From positions 19,406,001 through 19,470,000 of the forward strand of contig NC_043020.1 in assembly GCF_006345805.1 (NCBI RefSeq): 64,000 bases of DNA. The letters are read 5' to 3'. The notes under the pieces were generated by a model. That model did not search any database. It was not told the origin of the DNA and saw only the letters and a list, made by a program, of their open reading frames with translations. Within the stretch, counting starts at the first letter, position 1. The number at the start of each line of letters is the position of its first letter. This document shows, one piece after another, positions 28,151-42,329 of this stretch. The position numbers were made by a program, and so were the translations under genes. Source of the DNA: Octopus sinensis (taxonomy: Eukaryota).

Positions 28151-31100
28151 AGTGGGTGATATAAGATTACCTCGTTGTTTCGCAGCTTGTGACATTCCAA
28201 CAGATTCCATTGTGCCTGCCAGCCAAACTACATTACTGGCTCAAGTAACTGACCACTGTCCCCCTACTGTCCCTTATGGTAAATAGGAGGAACAACCGCT
28301 ACGATTATTGTAGTAGTAGCAGTGGTAGTCAGGATTATATGGCGGTGAAATGTGCCCTTGCTGTAAACCCTAAATACCACATAAGTACTGGGATCAATTT
28401 AATTGACTTAACTCCTTTCCAGCTTTAAGTACCACTTTAGTGTTGAGATCAGTTTAATTGGCTAAATAACTAAACCCCTCCCTAGATATCTGAGACCTTG
28501 AGCCTGTTTTAGAAACAATGAAATTTATAAGAAATATTTATAAAAACACTTAGTAGAAAATGTAATTATCAATATCAAAGTAAAAAAGTTAACTGACCTT
28601 TTAATAAATTTTTCATAAGAGTTTGAGAACATTAGAGTAAATATTGTACTCAACTTTATGCCATGGAGAAAAATGTATTTTTAAATACAAAATCATAGTT
28701 TCTTGAAGGTTGTACTCGAGGGCCTCAAAAGATGAAGGCAAGGCCGCACGTTTCTCACCTATTATTAAAAAGAAAATATGCAACAAAAAATCGATGACAT
28801 TTTAGGACAGTTGCCAGTTATATTGTATTCTCAATAAGAACGTGACACAATCCAATATTTTAACAATAAACAATTATTTGAATTCTTAAGAGGATTCAAA
28901 TTTTTTTTCTGTTCTCATAAATAAATTTCTTTTTATTTTAGTTATTAGTTATCACTTATTGGTAAACCATAACTTTTCAAATGTCATAAATGTATCGGTG
29001 GTCATCGTAAAAGGAGACAACATTGCATCGTCAACGCTGTAATATGTTCTCCGTTTATGTATGTGTTAGAGAATACATAGAGAATACAGTATCGAGAGGA
29101 ATGTCTGGCGGCAACGTTTCTCCGCTCTAAGTTCAGACCTGCCGAGTTCATCTTTCCCTTTCGTCAACCACTGGACATTACTGTTTCGAGTCCCAGGCTT
29201 CAAAGGCCCATTTATGCAGTTTCCATGGCGTATAAGCAGCCGCGATCACAATATTTCCCCTGAACGGAACAACAGTCCGTTGCGGGCCTATTTCTATTTA
29301 CAGCTGAGTGGACTGGCAAAACGGTGAATAAAGTCGAAATCTAGTGATCAGGTGGTCTCGGCGCTGGAGATGACAGGGACTGATGTCCCCACTAATCATA
29401 AACAAGAATGCATTTTGCACCAAAAAAAAGCCAATATGAGAGTTTCTCTCCTGGCATTTACCACAGTATAGATTGTTCTAACAGAACATCCAGGCTTAAT
29501 TGGGAATAAATATCACCTCTTGGTATAAATACAACCTCTGTTGCTAATATATATTTGTTAAAAATTTTGCTTCGCTCAGTCCGAGAATTGAAACCACGAT
29601 CATGCGACCTGGTTACAACACTCTAACCACTAGTCTATAGGCTCGATTAAAAAAAAAAGCAAACAAAAAAACACCACAATCCATGGTAGTAGATTGCCGG
29701 AACCAAAAGAATGTGGAACTGGAGCTGAATGTTTTGCGGTATTTCTTCTGGGGTGGTCGTATTAATATTATCTTTTCGGTGTTTGTTGTTTTCTTTTTCT
29801 TTTTGCTTGATGGATTCAAAACGGCTTCACGTTTGAGGATAGCTCCCTTTCTTTATCCCACCTGCCTCGGAAACCCAGCAAAAAATTATGGGTAATGCCT
29901 TATCGCCAAACTAAGAGTTGTCTTCCTTAGTTTTCTTCGTCAGAATTTGTCATTAATCTGATAATTCCGACCTATAATCCAGCAGTGACAATCGCTTTTG
30001 TTATAGATTCTTAAATCTCTCCTTGTCAGCCATAATCAAGGACCTCCGTCGGTCAAATTTTCCCATACATCTACTCATATTTGCACAAACTACGCAAAGA
30101 TATTTTTGCGGAAGACTATCAGTTGCCTATGCATGCAAGTCTGCCCTCTGTTTGACATCGATGTTTGTCCAAAAGAAAGGCCACCGACTTGAACAGATAC
30201 AGTTTGGCGTCATTGACGTCGCAGATGTTGCTATCGGAACGCAAAAACCTAAAACATATACTGGAAGTTGCCTTGTTTGATCCTCTAACAGTTTTACCAA
30301 TCCACTTCCCTGGAACTGGTGCGTCTATATCGACCCGGAAAAGATAAAAAGTCAAGTTAACTTCGGAAGGATTCGAGATCAGAACGCAGAATGTTGGAGC
30401 ATATAACGCAATATATTCTATCCAGCGCTCTAACGACTTTGCTAGTTCGCCGGCCTTTTTATGATGACACAGGCATATGATCGATGGTATTTTTCGGCCG
30501 TGATCCTCCTGTATTTGTTGTTGTTAAGCCTCAGCTGATCCTTGACTGAGCCGAACTATGATCAACGATAACCAAGGCAAAACAAACTTCAAACCCAAAC
30601 TTATGAAAAAAGCCTCATATTGGGGAAGAAGACACAAGCAAAACTATTCCATGTATATTGGTTTCAAATTTTGGCACAAGGCCAGTAATTTCGAGGGAGG
30701 GAACAAGTTGATTGCGTTCAACTGATATTTATTTTATCGACCCCGAAGCGATGAAAGGCAAAGTCGACCTCAGTGGAGTTTGAACTCAACGTAAGAACAG
30801 ACGATGAAATGCCGCTAAGCATTTTATCCGGTGTGCTAACGATTCTGCCAGCTCCCTGCCTTATATTTTATATGTATTCACCCACAGTTTCCAAAACCAC
30901 AACATTTTATAATCTACCAACGATATCTTCCAATTCTACACTAATTACCAAATATAATTAAAACCATTAAAGAATTTTACAAATCATTAACAACCGAAGA
31001 TAACCACAATAGCTTAAAAGACTTTTAACATTGGTAAAATTCACATTAGAAGAAATTAAGCAGATAACAAAATCTGAAGACCTTTATTGCGGGGTGTGTG

Positions 31101-31619
31101 ATTTGATTGAACACAGCAAAATCAAAAAGTTCAAGAATAGGAAAGAATTCAAGGTTAAGGAAATCGACCTGCTCCCTGTCCTGAAATCGCTGGCCTAGTG
31201 CAAAAATTTGAATTAAACCTTGAATTCTTTCCTATTCTTGGACTTTTTGATAACAGCATAAAAAAACTTTAGTTTATACCACTTGTATTTGAAAAACTGA
31301 AGACAGCGAAAGCGCTTACACAAAAACACTTCCATCGGGTCCATGTTGATACGTTTCTAAAGATTTTTCCTTTTAATAGAATTTTTCAATTAACGAAAAT
31401 GTTTATGTATATGGGTACATGTGCATAACAGATTGCACACTTATTTCTGTGCGTGCATTTATAAATATTATAACCGTCGATGTTCATTCACCTTGAAAGA
31501 ACGTATCCATTTCTCAACAAATCTTTTCCGAAATTCACATACAAATCAAAAAGTGGTGGGTCCGAGATCTCGCTGAGGTAAAATAAGGAGGATTCAAGAA
31601 AAGTGATACTGAAAAACTA

Positions 31620-31801
31620 AGGAGTGGCTGTGTGGTAAGTAGCTTGCTAACCAACCACATGGTTCCGGGTTCAGTCCCACTGCGTGGCATCTTGGGCAAG
31701 TGTCTTCCGCTATAGCACCGGGCCGACTAATGCCTTGTGAGTGGATTTGGCAGACGGAAACTGAAAGAAGCCTGTCGTATATATGTATGTGTGTATGTAT
31801 G

Positions 31802-31838
<37 letters not shown>

Positions 31839-32056
31839 TTGTGTGTCTGTGTTTGTCCCTCTAGCATTGCTTGACAACCGATGCTGGTGTGTTTACGTCC
31901 CCTTCACTTAGCGGTTCGGCAAAAGAGACCGATAGAATAAGTGCTGGGCTTACAAAGAATAAGTCCCGGGGTCGATTTGCTCGACTAAAGGCGGTGCTCC
32001 AGCATGGCCGCAGTCAAATGACTGAAACAAGTAAAAGAGTAAAGAGTAAAGAGTAA
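31620..32056 (+). mobile_element. tRNA-headed SINE family A, bipartite with internal (TA/TG)n. Other copies: 35355-35838+, 62763-63168+, 36545-36920-, 9997-10440-, 7385-7812-, 3520-4070-, 4250-4575-, 22420-22545+
   Basis: ggagtggctgtgtggtaagtagcttgct..ggttccgggttcagtccc head. Conserved body and gtaaaaga(g/a) tail. Confidence 0.9.
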
Positions 32057-32615
32057 ATAGTTTTACGGGAGCAGAAGTGTGTGCAAAGCAGACGCTGTTG
32101 TCGATTACAGAAGCGTTTTCATTTTATTTTTTCAAAACTGCTTTTCTTTCTGCTTCTCTTTCTTTACCTTTCCTGATTTCTCTTTATCATTCCCGCGCGC
32201 ACACACACACATTTTTATTAGACAGCATAGGTACTTTCTCATTTTGGCACAAGGCCAGGAATTTTGATAGGAAGAATTAAGTCGATTACATCGACCCCAG
32301 AACTCAACTGGCACTTATTTCATTGACCCTGAAAGTTATTAAATGGAAAATCGATCTCTGCATAATTTGAATCAGAACGTAGCAAGTCGTAATAAGGATT
32401 TTACCTGCTTGCCGCATTTTAAGCAGCTTATATTGAATGACACTGTAGTTATTAAAATTCCTCATTTCAAGTAGATGATATCTTCGATATCCAGTATGCG
32501 GTTTCGTTGGAAAAGCAGATCTTGAAGCACATAAAGCTATAAATAGTGAGTTGAACTCCACCCTCCTTTTGGGTATAAAATATCGAAGGCCACCCACATC
32601 TCATACATAAGTTAG

Positions 32616-32662
32616 AATCGGGTCCTTAGGGTCCATGAAACCGGGAGGCTCCTGAGAAACTG
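32616..32662 (+). CDS. Candidate upstream exon (phase 0 to 2)
   Basis: ataagttag|aat cgg...aac tg|gtaagt. NRVLRVHETGRLLRN(C). Consensus donor, moderate acceptor. Confidence 0.35.
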
Positions 32663-34120
32663 GTAAGTGTGACAATTGATTAAAACAACATTGGTTTAAC
32701 CCAATGTCACACCTAATTAAGCCGACATATAATCAAAGCATTTCCCAACTGTAAAGATTGTTCCCCTCAGACAGAAAATGTACATCCGGGACCACGTTCC
32801 CCAATGTATTAGTCAGTTATAAAGATTGTATGTTGTTATTTGAAAGCACTTGACTATTATTTCTAGCAGGTGCAGAGACAGCATAGAGAGTTCCTCGTTT
32901 ACTCGTAAACTTACGATTTCGTGGTAGCTTAGCTGCGGATAAAATATTTTCCTGCCTTAGTAATCTGGTATTTTAGTACATCCAAGACAATAATGTATTA
33001 TGCATTCTTCGATTTTTAAGAAGGAAGAATATGGTTTCAAGGAATTTGACTTCTATTTCCAACAAACAATATGACTAGCTTGTTGACACAAATGAAATTA
33101 CCGCCAGTCCTGATACATATTCAGTCAATCAAAATCTATTACTCTGGGATTTGAGTGTGAAGAAGAGAGGGAGAAGCAGGGAAGTAACTCTCTCAATAAT
33201 TATAAAGATTCTAAGGGAAATAACTCCAGTATCGAAATATCCTCCGTTTTAATTTTAGGATTACATGATAATAGTAATGACGATATATCCAAGTTTTCGT
33301 CGCTCGAATCTGCAAACTTGTCACTGACAATCTCTGTAATGCTGTCAATGACCAGATCCCAGATTCGACGAAAATTTTGGCACCATTTTAATAAACCTTG
33401 TTTATTTAAACAAGCATTGAAGCGCCGACTAAATAGAAATAGTTTTAGAAATGAAGGTAGTCTCGAACGCAGAATAGCCGTAAATATGACTTTTTTTTTT
33501 CTTTTACAAAATCAAGCAAAATACACCTACAGACACATAAAAGTTGCCTATACCTTTTGAGAGTCTCTGTAGAGAGAATCTCGTGGTCATTACTGTGAGA
33601 CGATGGCATTTATAGAATTCGAAAACATTTATAAGCATCAGCTTTGATGCTTTTGTTGTTACTGTTGTTCTTGTTGCTGCTACTGATGTTGTTGTTGTTG
33701 TTGTTGTTGTTAAGCAACAAGATGGGTAAGGGTGATTAGGTGATGGTCTAGGGCTTAGGGGTGGGAGTCCCCAGACCTTGGGGAAAAAAAAAACTTTGGT
33801 TGTCTTGTTGTAGTCGAGGGCTCTTCGTTGACGCCTGACACCACTGGGAGGTGGCCCTCGAAGTCGCTTGAACGGTTGCTGCTGCTGATGATGATGGTGA
33901 TGATGGTGATGATGATGATGACGACGACGACGATAATGTTCCTGCTGCTGTTGATGATGATTGCTCCTAGCCATCACTGACTGAAGAGGGACATGCTCAA
34001 AGGGACATGTCACGAATGTCCTGTCCCTCTCCCAAGCAGTGTATATATCTGGTGATTACATGACTCGGTGCTTCCCTTCCCACAAATACAAAATCCTCTC
34101 ATTGAAGGATGGGGAAAAAA

Positions 34121-34471
<351 letters not shown>

Positions 34472-34518
34472 TCGAAGAATGCCTTGGGAATGAGAACCCA
34501 GGTTCGAAATTTCCCCAA

Positions 34519-34564
34519 GATACCTGAAGAAGGCTGGAGGGTATATCAGCCGAAACCTTGTGTT
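34519..34564 (+). ncRNA. Hammerhead-like motif downstream of a tRNA-derived SINE (stem III mutated in this copy)
   Basis: gauac-CUGAAGA-a-ggcug(gaggguauau)cagcc-GAAAC-cUU-guguu. C at 34557 where G is expected. Confidence 0.5.
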
Positions 34565-34789
34565 AGCCACAAACAAGATGAGGACAAATATTCGTCGAAT
34601 GTAAATAATGTAAATTAGAAATAATTCAACTGTATTTCAACGGTATGAAACAGAAATAAATAAATAAATAAATAAATGAATGAATAATTGAATAAATAAA
34701 TAAACGTTTGGAGTTCGGACACTCTAAGAACACTGAAATTCATCCAATGGGTTCAAAACATTATTGATGATGATTTCAGAAAATCAATG

Positions 34790-35225
34790 AGGGCCGGTGT
34801 CAGAGGGAACCTTCGGAACTTTGGTGCGTGAGTATATTCGATACAAGCTGTATGTACCGAGTAGAAGGCAATTCGTGTCTGCAAAAACGGAGACAAACCA
34901 TTTTATCCGTGACACAAGTGGCAACTTAACGGAGGTTAGAAAGCCTCTCGAACATGACATGGTTTGGCTCTCTCTCGTGGAAGAAAAAAGAAAAAAAATT
35001 CCAACCAACGTCAAAAGTCTAACGGGGGAAATAACTGATGGTTATGAGCAGATCTATTTGATGACGCATGCGTGATGCGCACTAAGTTTCCAGGAACGCT
35101 GATGGTTTTAGAAATGGTGAGTAACGAAGGTCATATCACGCCACCTCACATTTTTCAAAAGGGTCGTAGAGTTATTACTGCTGGATACGTTTAGTAGCTG
35201 GAGAGTGTTGTTAAACCCTGGAGAT
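34790..35225 (+). pseudogene. maT-like transposase relic (same type as 15085-15500)
   Basis: VMRTKFPGTLMVLEMVSNEGHITPPHIFQKGRRVITAGYV..LESVVKPW. Confidence 0.65.
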
Positions 35226-35557
35226 GTGAAGTACGCAGAGGAAAATCAGCCAACAAACTTTCGTTTATAATGCAAAGATGATAAGTAAAGTTATGAGACT
35301 TTAATGGTTTAATGAAATAACAGATAAAATTTGTTTTAATATTTTCAATATTATAGGCGCAGGAGTCGCTGTGTGGTAAGTAGCTTGCTTATCAACCACA
35401 TGGTTCTGGGTTCGGTCTCACTGCGTGGCACCTTGGACAAGTGTCTTCTACTATAGCCTCGGGCACCCCCAAAGACTTGTGAGTGGATTTGGCAGGCGGA
35501 AACTGAAAGAAGCTCGTCGTGTATATATATATATGTGTGTGTGGGTGCGTGCGTGCG

Positions 35558-35645
<88 letters not shown>

Positions 35646-37269
35646 TCCCCCTAACATCGTTTGACAACTGATGCCGGTGAGTTTACGTCCCCGTAACTTA
35701 GCGGTTCGGCAAAAGAGACCGTTAGAATAAGTACTAGGCTTACAAGGAATAAGTCTTGGGGTCGATTTGCTCGACTAAAGGCAGTGCTCCAGCATGGCCA
35801 CAGTCAAATGACTGAAACAAGTAAAAGAATAAAAGAATAATAAAATTAAAATCTAACATTATCTTCATTGAAATAACGAGGCTTCCGTTAAAGGTTTGAA
35901 CATAAGTGGTTCCCGGCGATTTGGTGTTGGAAGGTTTCTTAAAATAAAAGAAATAATTGAATATTGATGTAATTGCTAAAAAAGAGAAAAAGAACAACAA
36001 AAATTAAAACAAAAACAAAAACCGGAATCGGTGGAATCTCACCAAAGAGTCTTCCATACTCAATTGAGGATAAAAACTAGAAAAGGCAACTTATTGTTAC
36101 GCCTTGCGAGATTTTTTTTTTTTAATGTGAAATTGTTTGTTGACAAAGAAACTAAAATAATAATAATAATAAAACTGAAGCGAAGACTAAGTCCATAGAG
36201 CGTGTGTTTAATTGGCAACAGACGACCGTCCCCAAGTATAACAATACGATTTCTTGTCTTCTTTATCGAATCCAAAACTATGTACTTGCGATGCGACCTT
36301 CGTAACAATACAGTAAGGCATGTACAAAACTTCAACAGATTTACATACCATAAGTATTTTATAATTCATTTCGACAGTATATGATGCAACTGAAAGATTT
36401 TTTAGGTTAGTATATCTTCCTTGTCTACTATTACCTAATACTGAGTAGAAACGTTAAAAAAATTTCCAAGGGAAATAACTCTTATGCAATTGTTATATTA
36501 ACCTCCCTTGATTCAAGTTTAAATTGTTTTTTATAGCGATATTCTTTTACTCTTTTACTTGTTTCAGTCATTTGACTGCGGCCACTGGAACACCGCCTTT
36601 AGTCGAGCAAATCGACCCCGGGACTGTTTCTTTGTAAGCCTAGTACTAATTCTATCGTTCTCTTTTGCCGAACCGTTAAGTCACGGGGACGTAAACACAC
36701 CAGCATCGGTTGTCAAGCGATATGGGGGGGAGGGCACACACACACACACACACACACACAGATATATATATATATACATATATACGATGGGCTTCTTTCA
36801 GTTTCCGTCTACCAAATCCACTCACAAGGCTTTGGTCGGCCCGAGGCTACAGCAGAAGACACTTGCCAGTGGGACTGAACCCGGAACCATGTGGTTCGTA
36901 AGCAAGCTACGTACCACACGATATGTATTTTCTTATTTTAACATAATAGTAGTTTGTTGTATCTGGGGAGAATCATTCTCTTTTAGTGCCTTATCCTTTA
37001 ACACACTCACCGGTTACAGTTCCACTCATTTACTTATTTATTTTTCCTAAACATTTTCGTTGCGTCTTGCAACGTTTTCAATTGTCGTTGTCTCTGTTAT
37101 CCGAGATACGATCTTTACGTTTGTTTGTGCGCATGCGTTGGTCAGTGTGCGTGCGCATACACATATGTATGCATGTATGTGTGGGTTATCCATGCATACA
37201 TGCATGTACGTGTGTACGTTTGTATGCGTGTATTCTGCATATTCATATGTTTGTGTGTTCGTAGGTGTG

Positions 37270-37279
37270 TGTGTATTTG

Positions 37280-37312
<33 letters not shown>

Positions 37313-37426
37313 TGTGTGGTGTGTGTGTGTGTTGTGGTGTGTGTGATGTGTGTGTGTGGTGTGTGTGTGTGTGGTGTGTGTGTGATGTGTTGTGTGTGTG
37401 TGTGTGTTGTGATGTGTGTGTGTGTG

Positions 37427-37466
<40 letters not shown>

Positions 37467-37535
37467 TGTGTGTGTGTGGTGTGATGTGTGTGTGGTGTGT
37501 GTGTGTGATGTGTGTGTTGTGTGTGTGTGATGTGG

Positions 37536-37566
<31 letters not shown>

Positions 37567-37656
37567 TGTGATGTGTGGTGTGTGTGTGTGTGTGATGTGT
37601 GTGTGTGTGTGTGGATGTGTGTGTGTGTGTGATGTGTTGTGTGTGTGTGTGTGTGT

Positions 37657-37687
<31 letters not shown>

Positions 37688-37860
37688 CTCTGTCTCCTTG
37701 TGTATGTATGTCTGAATGTGTGTGTGTGTATTTGCATGTATGTGTACTGCTGTCTCCTTGTATATATGTATGTTTGAGTGTGTGTGTGTGTGTATGGGTT
37801 TATGCCTCCATATGTCCTTGTGTGAAGTGAAGAGTGTGTGTGTGTGTGTATATGGTCACG
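37270..37860. repeat. Long degenerate (TG)n microsatellite. Others at 1-330, 8140-8690, 10560-11160, 17835-17960 (GAT)n, 60580-61200
   Basis: Direct inspection. Confidence 0.95.
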
Positions 37861-38081
37861 TGTTTTAGTCCTCATTTGCGTATGTATGTGTGTTTGTGTG
37901 CTTGCTTGTTCATGTTACCTATGTATCTATCTATCTGTATGTCTATCTGCTTACCTTCATATCCATTTACCCATATGTATATGCATATACTTATACATAC
38001 ATTTATACATATACACACGCTTACACATACACACACATACATACATAGATACATCTACATAACAGCCCACTAACTATTCTA

Positions 38082-38123
<42 letters not shown>

Positions 38124-38757
38124 TAAACTGCGGGTATAGGGTTATGACTACCTACTACGTATATTTCCAATATAATACTGGGGATGTTTTATTTATGAAG
38201 ACGTACTCCTGTTTTTGTCTGAGTGTTGAGTCCTTCGGGTGCTTGAGTAACATACGGATGTCAAGTTGACCCAGGTTGCCTCCATCTTGGTCCTTGGCAT
38301 GTTGGAAGAGTATAGAGGATTGTTTTTTTGTCGGATAACGGACAGAGTCAACAATTATTGAAAAGGTTGCAAGACGCAACGAAAATTTTAGAAAAAAATA
38401 AATAAATGAATGGAAACTTAACCGGTGAGTGTGTTAAATAATAATGCGCTAAAAGAGCATGACTCTCCCCAGACGCAACAAAATATGCTTCAACACACGA
38501 ACTCGCATAAAGAATCTTGCAGACCAAATCCAAAAACGAAATGTTTTCTATTAGCTACTCGATATATCCACATTTGATTCCAAATTCTAATAATTTTTAT
38601 ATTTTACGTCTAATTATTTCTTTGTATAATAGTTCTCATTTGCTTAGTAAATGTTGCTTTCATTATTTTATCACAGTCATTAATCTCTCTTTTTTAAAAA
38701 GTCAATCTGTTGTATATATTTATCAATAATAATTGATAGAACTTACATAGGTGTGCG

Positions 38758-38834
<77 letters not shown>

Positions 38835-39109
38835 GGATGGATGGATGGATACACACACACACACACACACACACACAAGTCTGGTGCTGTGAGAACACAT
38901 GGGGATGGTGTTTCCTTACTTTTTCAAATATAACCAAATTTAAAATGATTCTAATACAACGATATCATTCATTCGGCATGTGTTGAAATATCCCAAAACA
39001 ATTTAATTCTACACAAATATATGTTACTTTACATATAATTTCTGTGTTAATTCTTTTTACTGAAACTTGCTAAAAAGCATATTTTGCTTTAACGTAGTAT
39101 TTCTCTGTA

Positions 39110-39310
39110 GACTCAATTGTCAGTAATCATACTGTTTCGATTTCTCTCAGCCAATATTTTTACATTAGCCGTCTTTTGAACTCTAGATAATGCAACATAC
39201 AGCTGACCATGCGAGAAGAATTGTGTCGGAAGATATATTCCAATTTGTTCAAAAGTCTGTTCCTGTGCCTTGCTGCACGTCAAGACAAAAGTTGGCTTGA
39301 CTGTCTTCAA
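39110..39310 (-). pseudogene. Helitron PIF1-helicase C-terminal relic
   Basis: PTFVLTCSKAQEQTFEQIGIYLPTQFFSHGQLYVALSRV. Confidence 0.85.
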
Positions 39311-40354
39311 TCTGTTGACAAGACCAGATCAAGACGACTGGGTGGGGGGCGAAGGTAGTGAAGCAAATAACATTATCTTCTATGAAATAATGAGGCTTCC
39401 GTTAAAGGTTTGAACATAAGTAGTTCCCGGCGATTTGGTGTTGGAAGGTTTCTTAAAATAAAAGAAATAATTGAATGTTGATGTAATTGCTAAAAAAGAG
39501 AAAAAGAACAACAAAAATTAAAACAAAAACAAAAACCGGAATCGGTGGAATCTCACCAAAGAGCCTTCCATACTCAATTGAGGATAAAAACTAGAAAAGG
39601 CAATTTATTGTTACGCTTTGCGAGATTTTTTTTTTTTAATGTGAAATTGTTTGTTGACAAAGAAACTAAAATAATAATAATAATAAAACTGAAGCGAAGA
39701 CTAGATGTCTTATTTGCTTCATCTTATCCTCTGATTTCCACAATGCGTTACTGCAGTCGCCTTCATTGAACCATGGATCCAGTCTTTACATGCATAGGTA
39801 GGCAATACCTAGTGTGGCGCCGAGCTGGCAGAAACGTTAGCACGGCCGGGCGAAATGCGTAGCCGAAAGACTGTCACGCATTCGTCATCGGTTCTTAAGT
39901 TAAAGCAACTTCGCTTGAAGAGTAGAAGATGGGTAATACAAAACAAGACACAAATGTTATAACATTAAATGAAAATGTTTTTAGGTAAAATCGAAGTGTA
40001 ATGATCATCCTCCGTAACGATATTCAGCTTTATGAAACGCAAAGTTGCTCTCTGTTTATTGTGACGTTGCTCTTACGTCAAGAATATGGAACTGAATTTC
40101 ATCGCGTTAGTTTTACCTTCGGCCAAATAGATTGTATAAACTGCAACTAGAGTTTTCTAAACAAAATATAAATAATTCCAGTAGACCATTATTAATTCTA
40201 TTCGGTCTTGTCCCTCTCCGTCTGCAATTAGTTTCGCTAAAGGTATCTCTAATTAATCTGATAATTTTCTGTATCTTATTTTATTTTACTCTTTGTATGT
40301 ATTTTAGTGCTTAACGATTGCTTAAATGTACAGTTAAGTATTAATTTTTAATTA

Positions 40355-40867
40355 CCGTAAATCCTCGAGTATAATACGCATTTTCCCCAAAATGTAATGG
40401 TCAAAATCATCCCTAGTACGTACTGTATACGAGGTTAAAAATGAAAAATATTTTCTAAGCAATGTCCGAGTCTCTATTTGCTGTCCGACAATGTTTATTC
40501 AGACGCATTTTGTGATGTCAGGCATGAAAATACCTTAAGCTAAGCCTGAAAGCAATGAAGTCATAAAAGGATCATCTATAATTTGCAGTAAGCAACATTT
40601 ATTAAACGTTATTACTGTTATTTCTTTATTTTCTGCAAACAAAATGCACAAAAAAGCTACACATTTGCATTATGTTATATATACAATAATAATAAAGGAC
40701 GTTACCATATACATTTTTACAAACCAAGGACGTTATATAGACCTCCTTGACTCAAGTTAGAGAAGGGGTGCGTATTATACACAAGGTTTAGGTTTTTCAG
40801 AGGTACAGCCCCCTAAAAACCCGCTGCGTATTATACTCAAAGGCGGACTATACTCGAGGATTGACGG
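40355..40867. mobile_element. Second copy of the same MITE, opposite orientation
   Basis: TIR ccgtaaatcctcgagtata/tatactcgaggattgacgg with TA TSD. The interior is the reverse complement of 13598-14094. Confidence 0.85.
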
Positions 40868-40878
40868 TACTATTTTAG

Positions 40879-40913
40879 TATGTCAGAGATGATCCTTCAT
40901 TTAAGAAGATATG
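40879..40913 (+). CDS. Candidate 35-nt microexon (phase 2 to 1)
   Basis: tattttag|t atg tca...tat g|gtatga. (C)MSEMILHLRRY(D). Phase-compatible with 32616-32662 and 42576-42654, but picked partly for phase fit. Confidence 0.35.
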
Positions 40914-41289
40914 GTATGAGTTGAGAGAACTTGGATGCCACTCAGAGTCCCCTTCGTTGGATTATTTATATTATTTTTGTTAACTTCCTCGTATTGACTG
41001 AAATAATGTTCTTGGAAATGAGTGTTTCTTAAACGCTAATATCAGCCCCAACCAAAAATTTGGTAAAAGTTTTGCATCTCACCATCACTTCATTAATAAA
41101 ATAAGATCGTCTGCATCCATTACAATTCTTCTACCTTCGTCACGGCGTTGAACAAGTTTAAATATTTTTAAGCTATCTCTTTTTCTTAAACAAAACAGTT
41201 TGTCTGCTCCCCTTTTACTCCTCACAACCACTTCTTTAGAAAAACAGGGCTCTAAATTTTAACTGTTTGAACATTCAGGCGTGCTAATA

Positions 41290-41600
41290 TCCATCCATCC
41301 ATCCATCCATGTAACCATCCAATTATTCATTTTCGTCACCCACTGTACCAAGGGAGCGGTTCGAGAAGGTAGAGTCCTCAGGCACATCCTCCATGGGTCC
41401 TATCAGAAGAAACCTCCATTAGACTTTCCGGTTGGCTTCTCAAGCATGACCAACTGAAACTATGATTATTATCCAACCATCTCGTTCCCGATCTACCGCT
41501 AGATCTCCTGCTAGTTGGCTCAGCTTTAAGAAGTCATCTTGCGATTCTTTGTTGCGACATTCTAATAACATGTCTGTACTACAAGAGCTGTGACGGCTCA
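41290..41600 (-). pseudogene. RTE-clade LINE 3' end with (TGGA)n tail
   Basis: LKAEPTSRRSSGRSGTRWLDN..SWSCL...DR motif followed by a tggatgga tail. Confidence 0.6.
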
Positions 41601-41833
41601 ATGCGGAGAAGTAGAAGCTGGACCCGGAGAGACTCCCTATCCTACCCTAATGAGTAACGGTACTACTTAATGTTATGTCGCACGTTCGGATGCCTTCTAC
41701 TCAACTCGACTCCGACTGCTACTACTCTACTCTTCTGCTCTACGCCAACTCAAGTCTTCTCGACGTCTAGGCTTCTCCCTATATATCTACGTATTGGGTT
41801 AATCTACTTCATCGTCTGGGGGCGTCGACACAA

Positions 41834-42329
41834 CACTTAAATACAGAGGTTCCGACACATCTACGTAACGATATAAGGGGGGGGGGTAATCTAGTTTTAC
41901 CAAAACTACTACTATGACTTCACATAAGCGGTCCTTGTGTAAGTCTAAATGGGTATATTTCAAGTTAGAACTATTGCAAACGATCCGAAGAAGTTGGGTG
42001 ATGAGGGAAGGCAAACGTTTTAAATGTACGTTGCGTGGACGTGTAATGACACTCTAACCCTAACCCTAACTAACCCTAAAACTAACCCTAATCCTAACCC
42101 TAAAACTAACCCTAAAAACTAACTCTAAAACAAACACTAACTAGCTCTAAAACTTATCCTAACGAGTGTGCACTGTAAAAACATCAGATTAAAAACAGAC
42201 AATATTGTGGGGGGAAAGATCGGAGTAAAAACAGACGATATTGTGGGGCCCCTTACATCATTAACAGTAGTTTTGGCAAAACCAGATTATATCGTTACGT
42301 AGATGCATCGGGACCTCTGTATTTAAGCG
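41834..42329. mobile_element. Foldback/MITE with degenerate (CCCTAA)n core
   Basis: Inverted arms cacttaaatacagagg.../...cctctgtatttaagcg. Telomere-like tract 42053-42160. Confidence 0.6.

Larger units (their letters stand above)
35854..39703 (+). repeat. 336-bp near-identical direct repeat pair (35854-36189 and 39368-39703)
   Basis: Aligned by eye, about 97% identical, 3514 bp apart. Confidence 0.9.

Noticed and set aside
29900-30350. Possible Academ-like transposase relic (VNDAKLYLFK...PTE) on the minus strand
   Set aside because: The motif spacing does not fit and the frames are broken; too weak to call.
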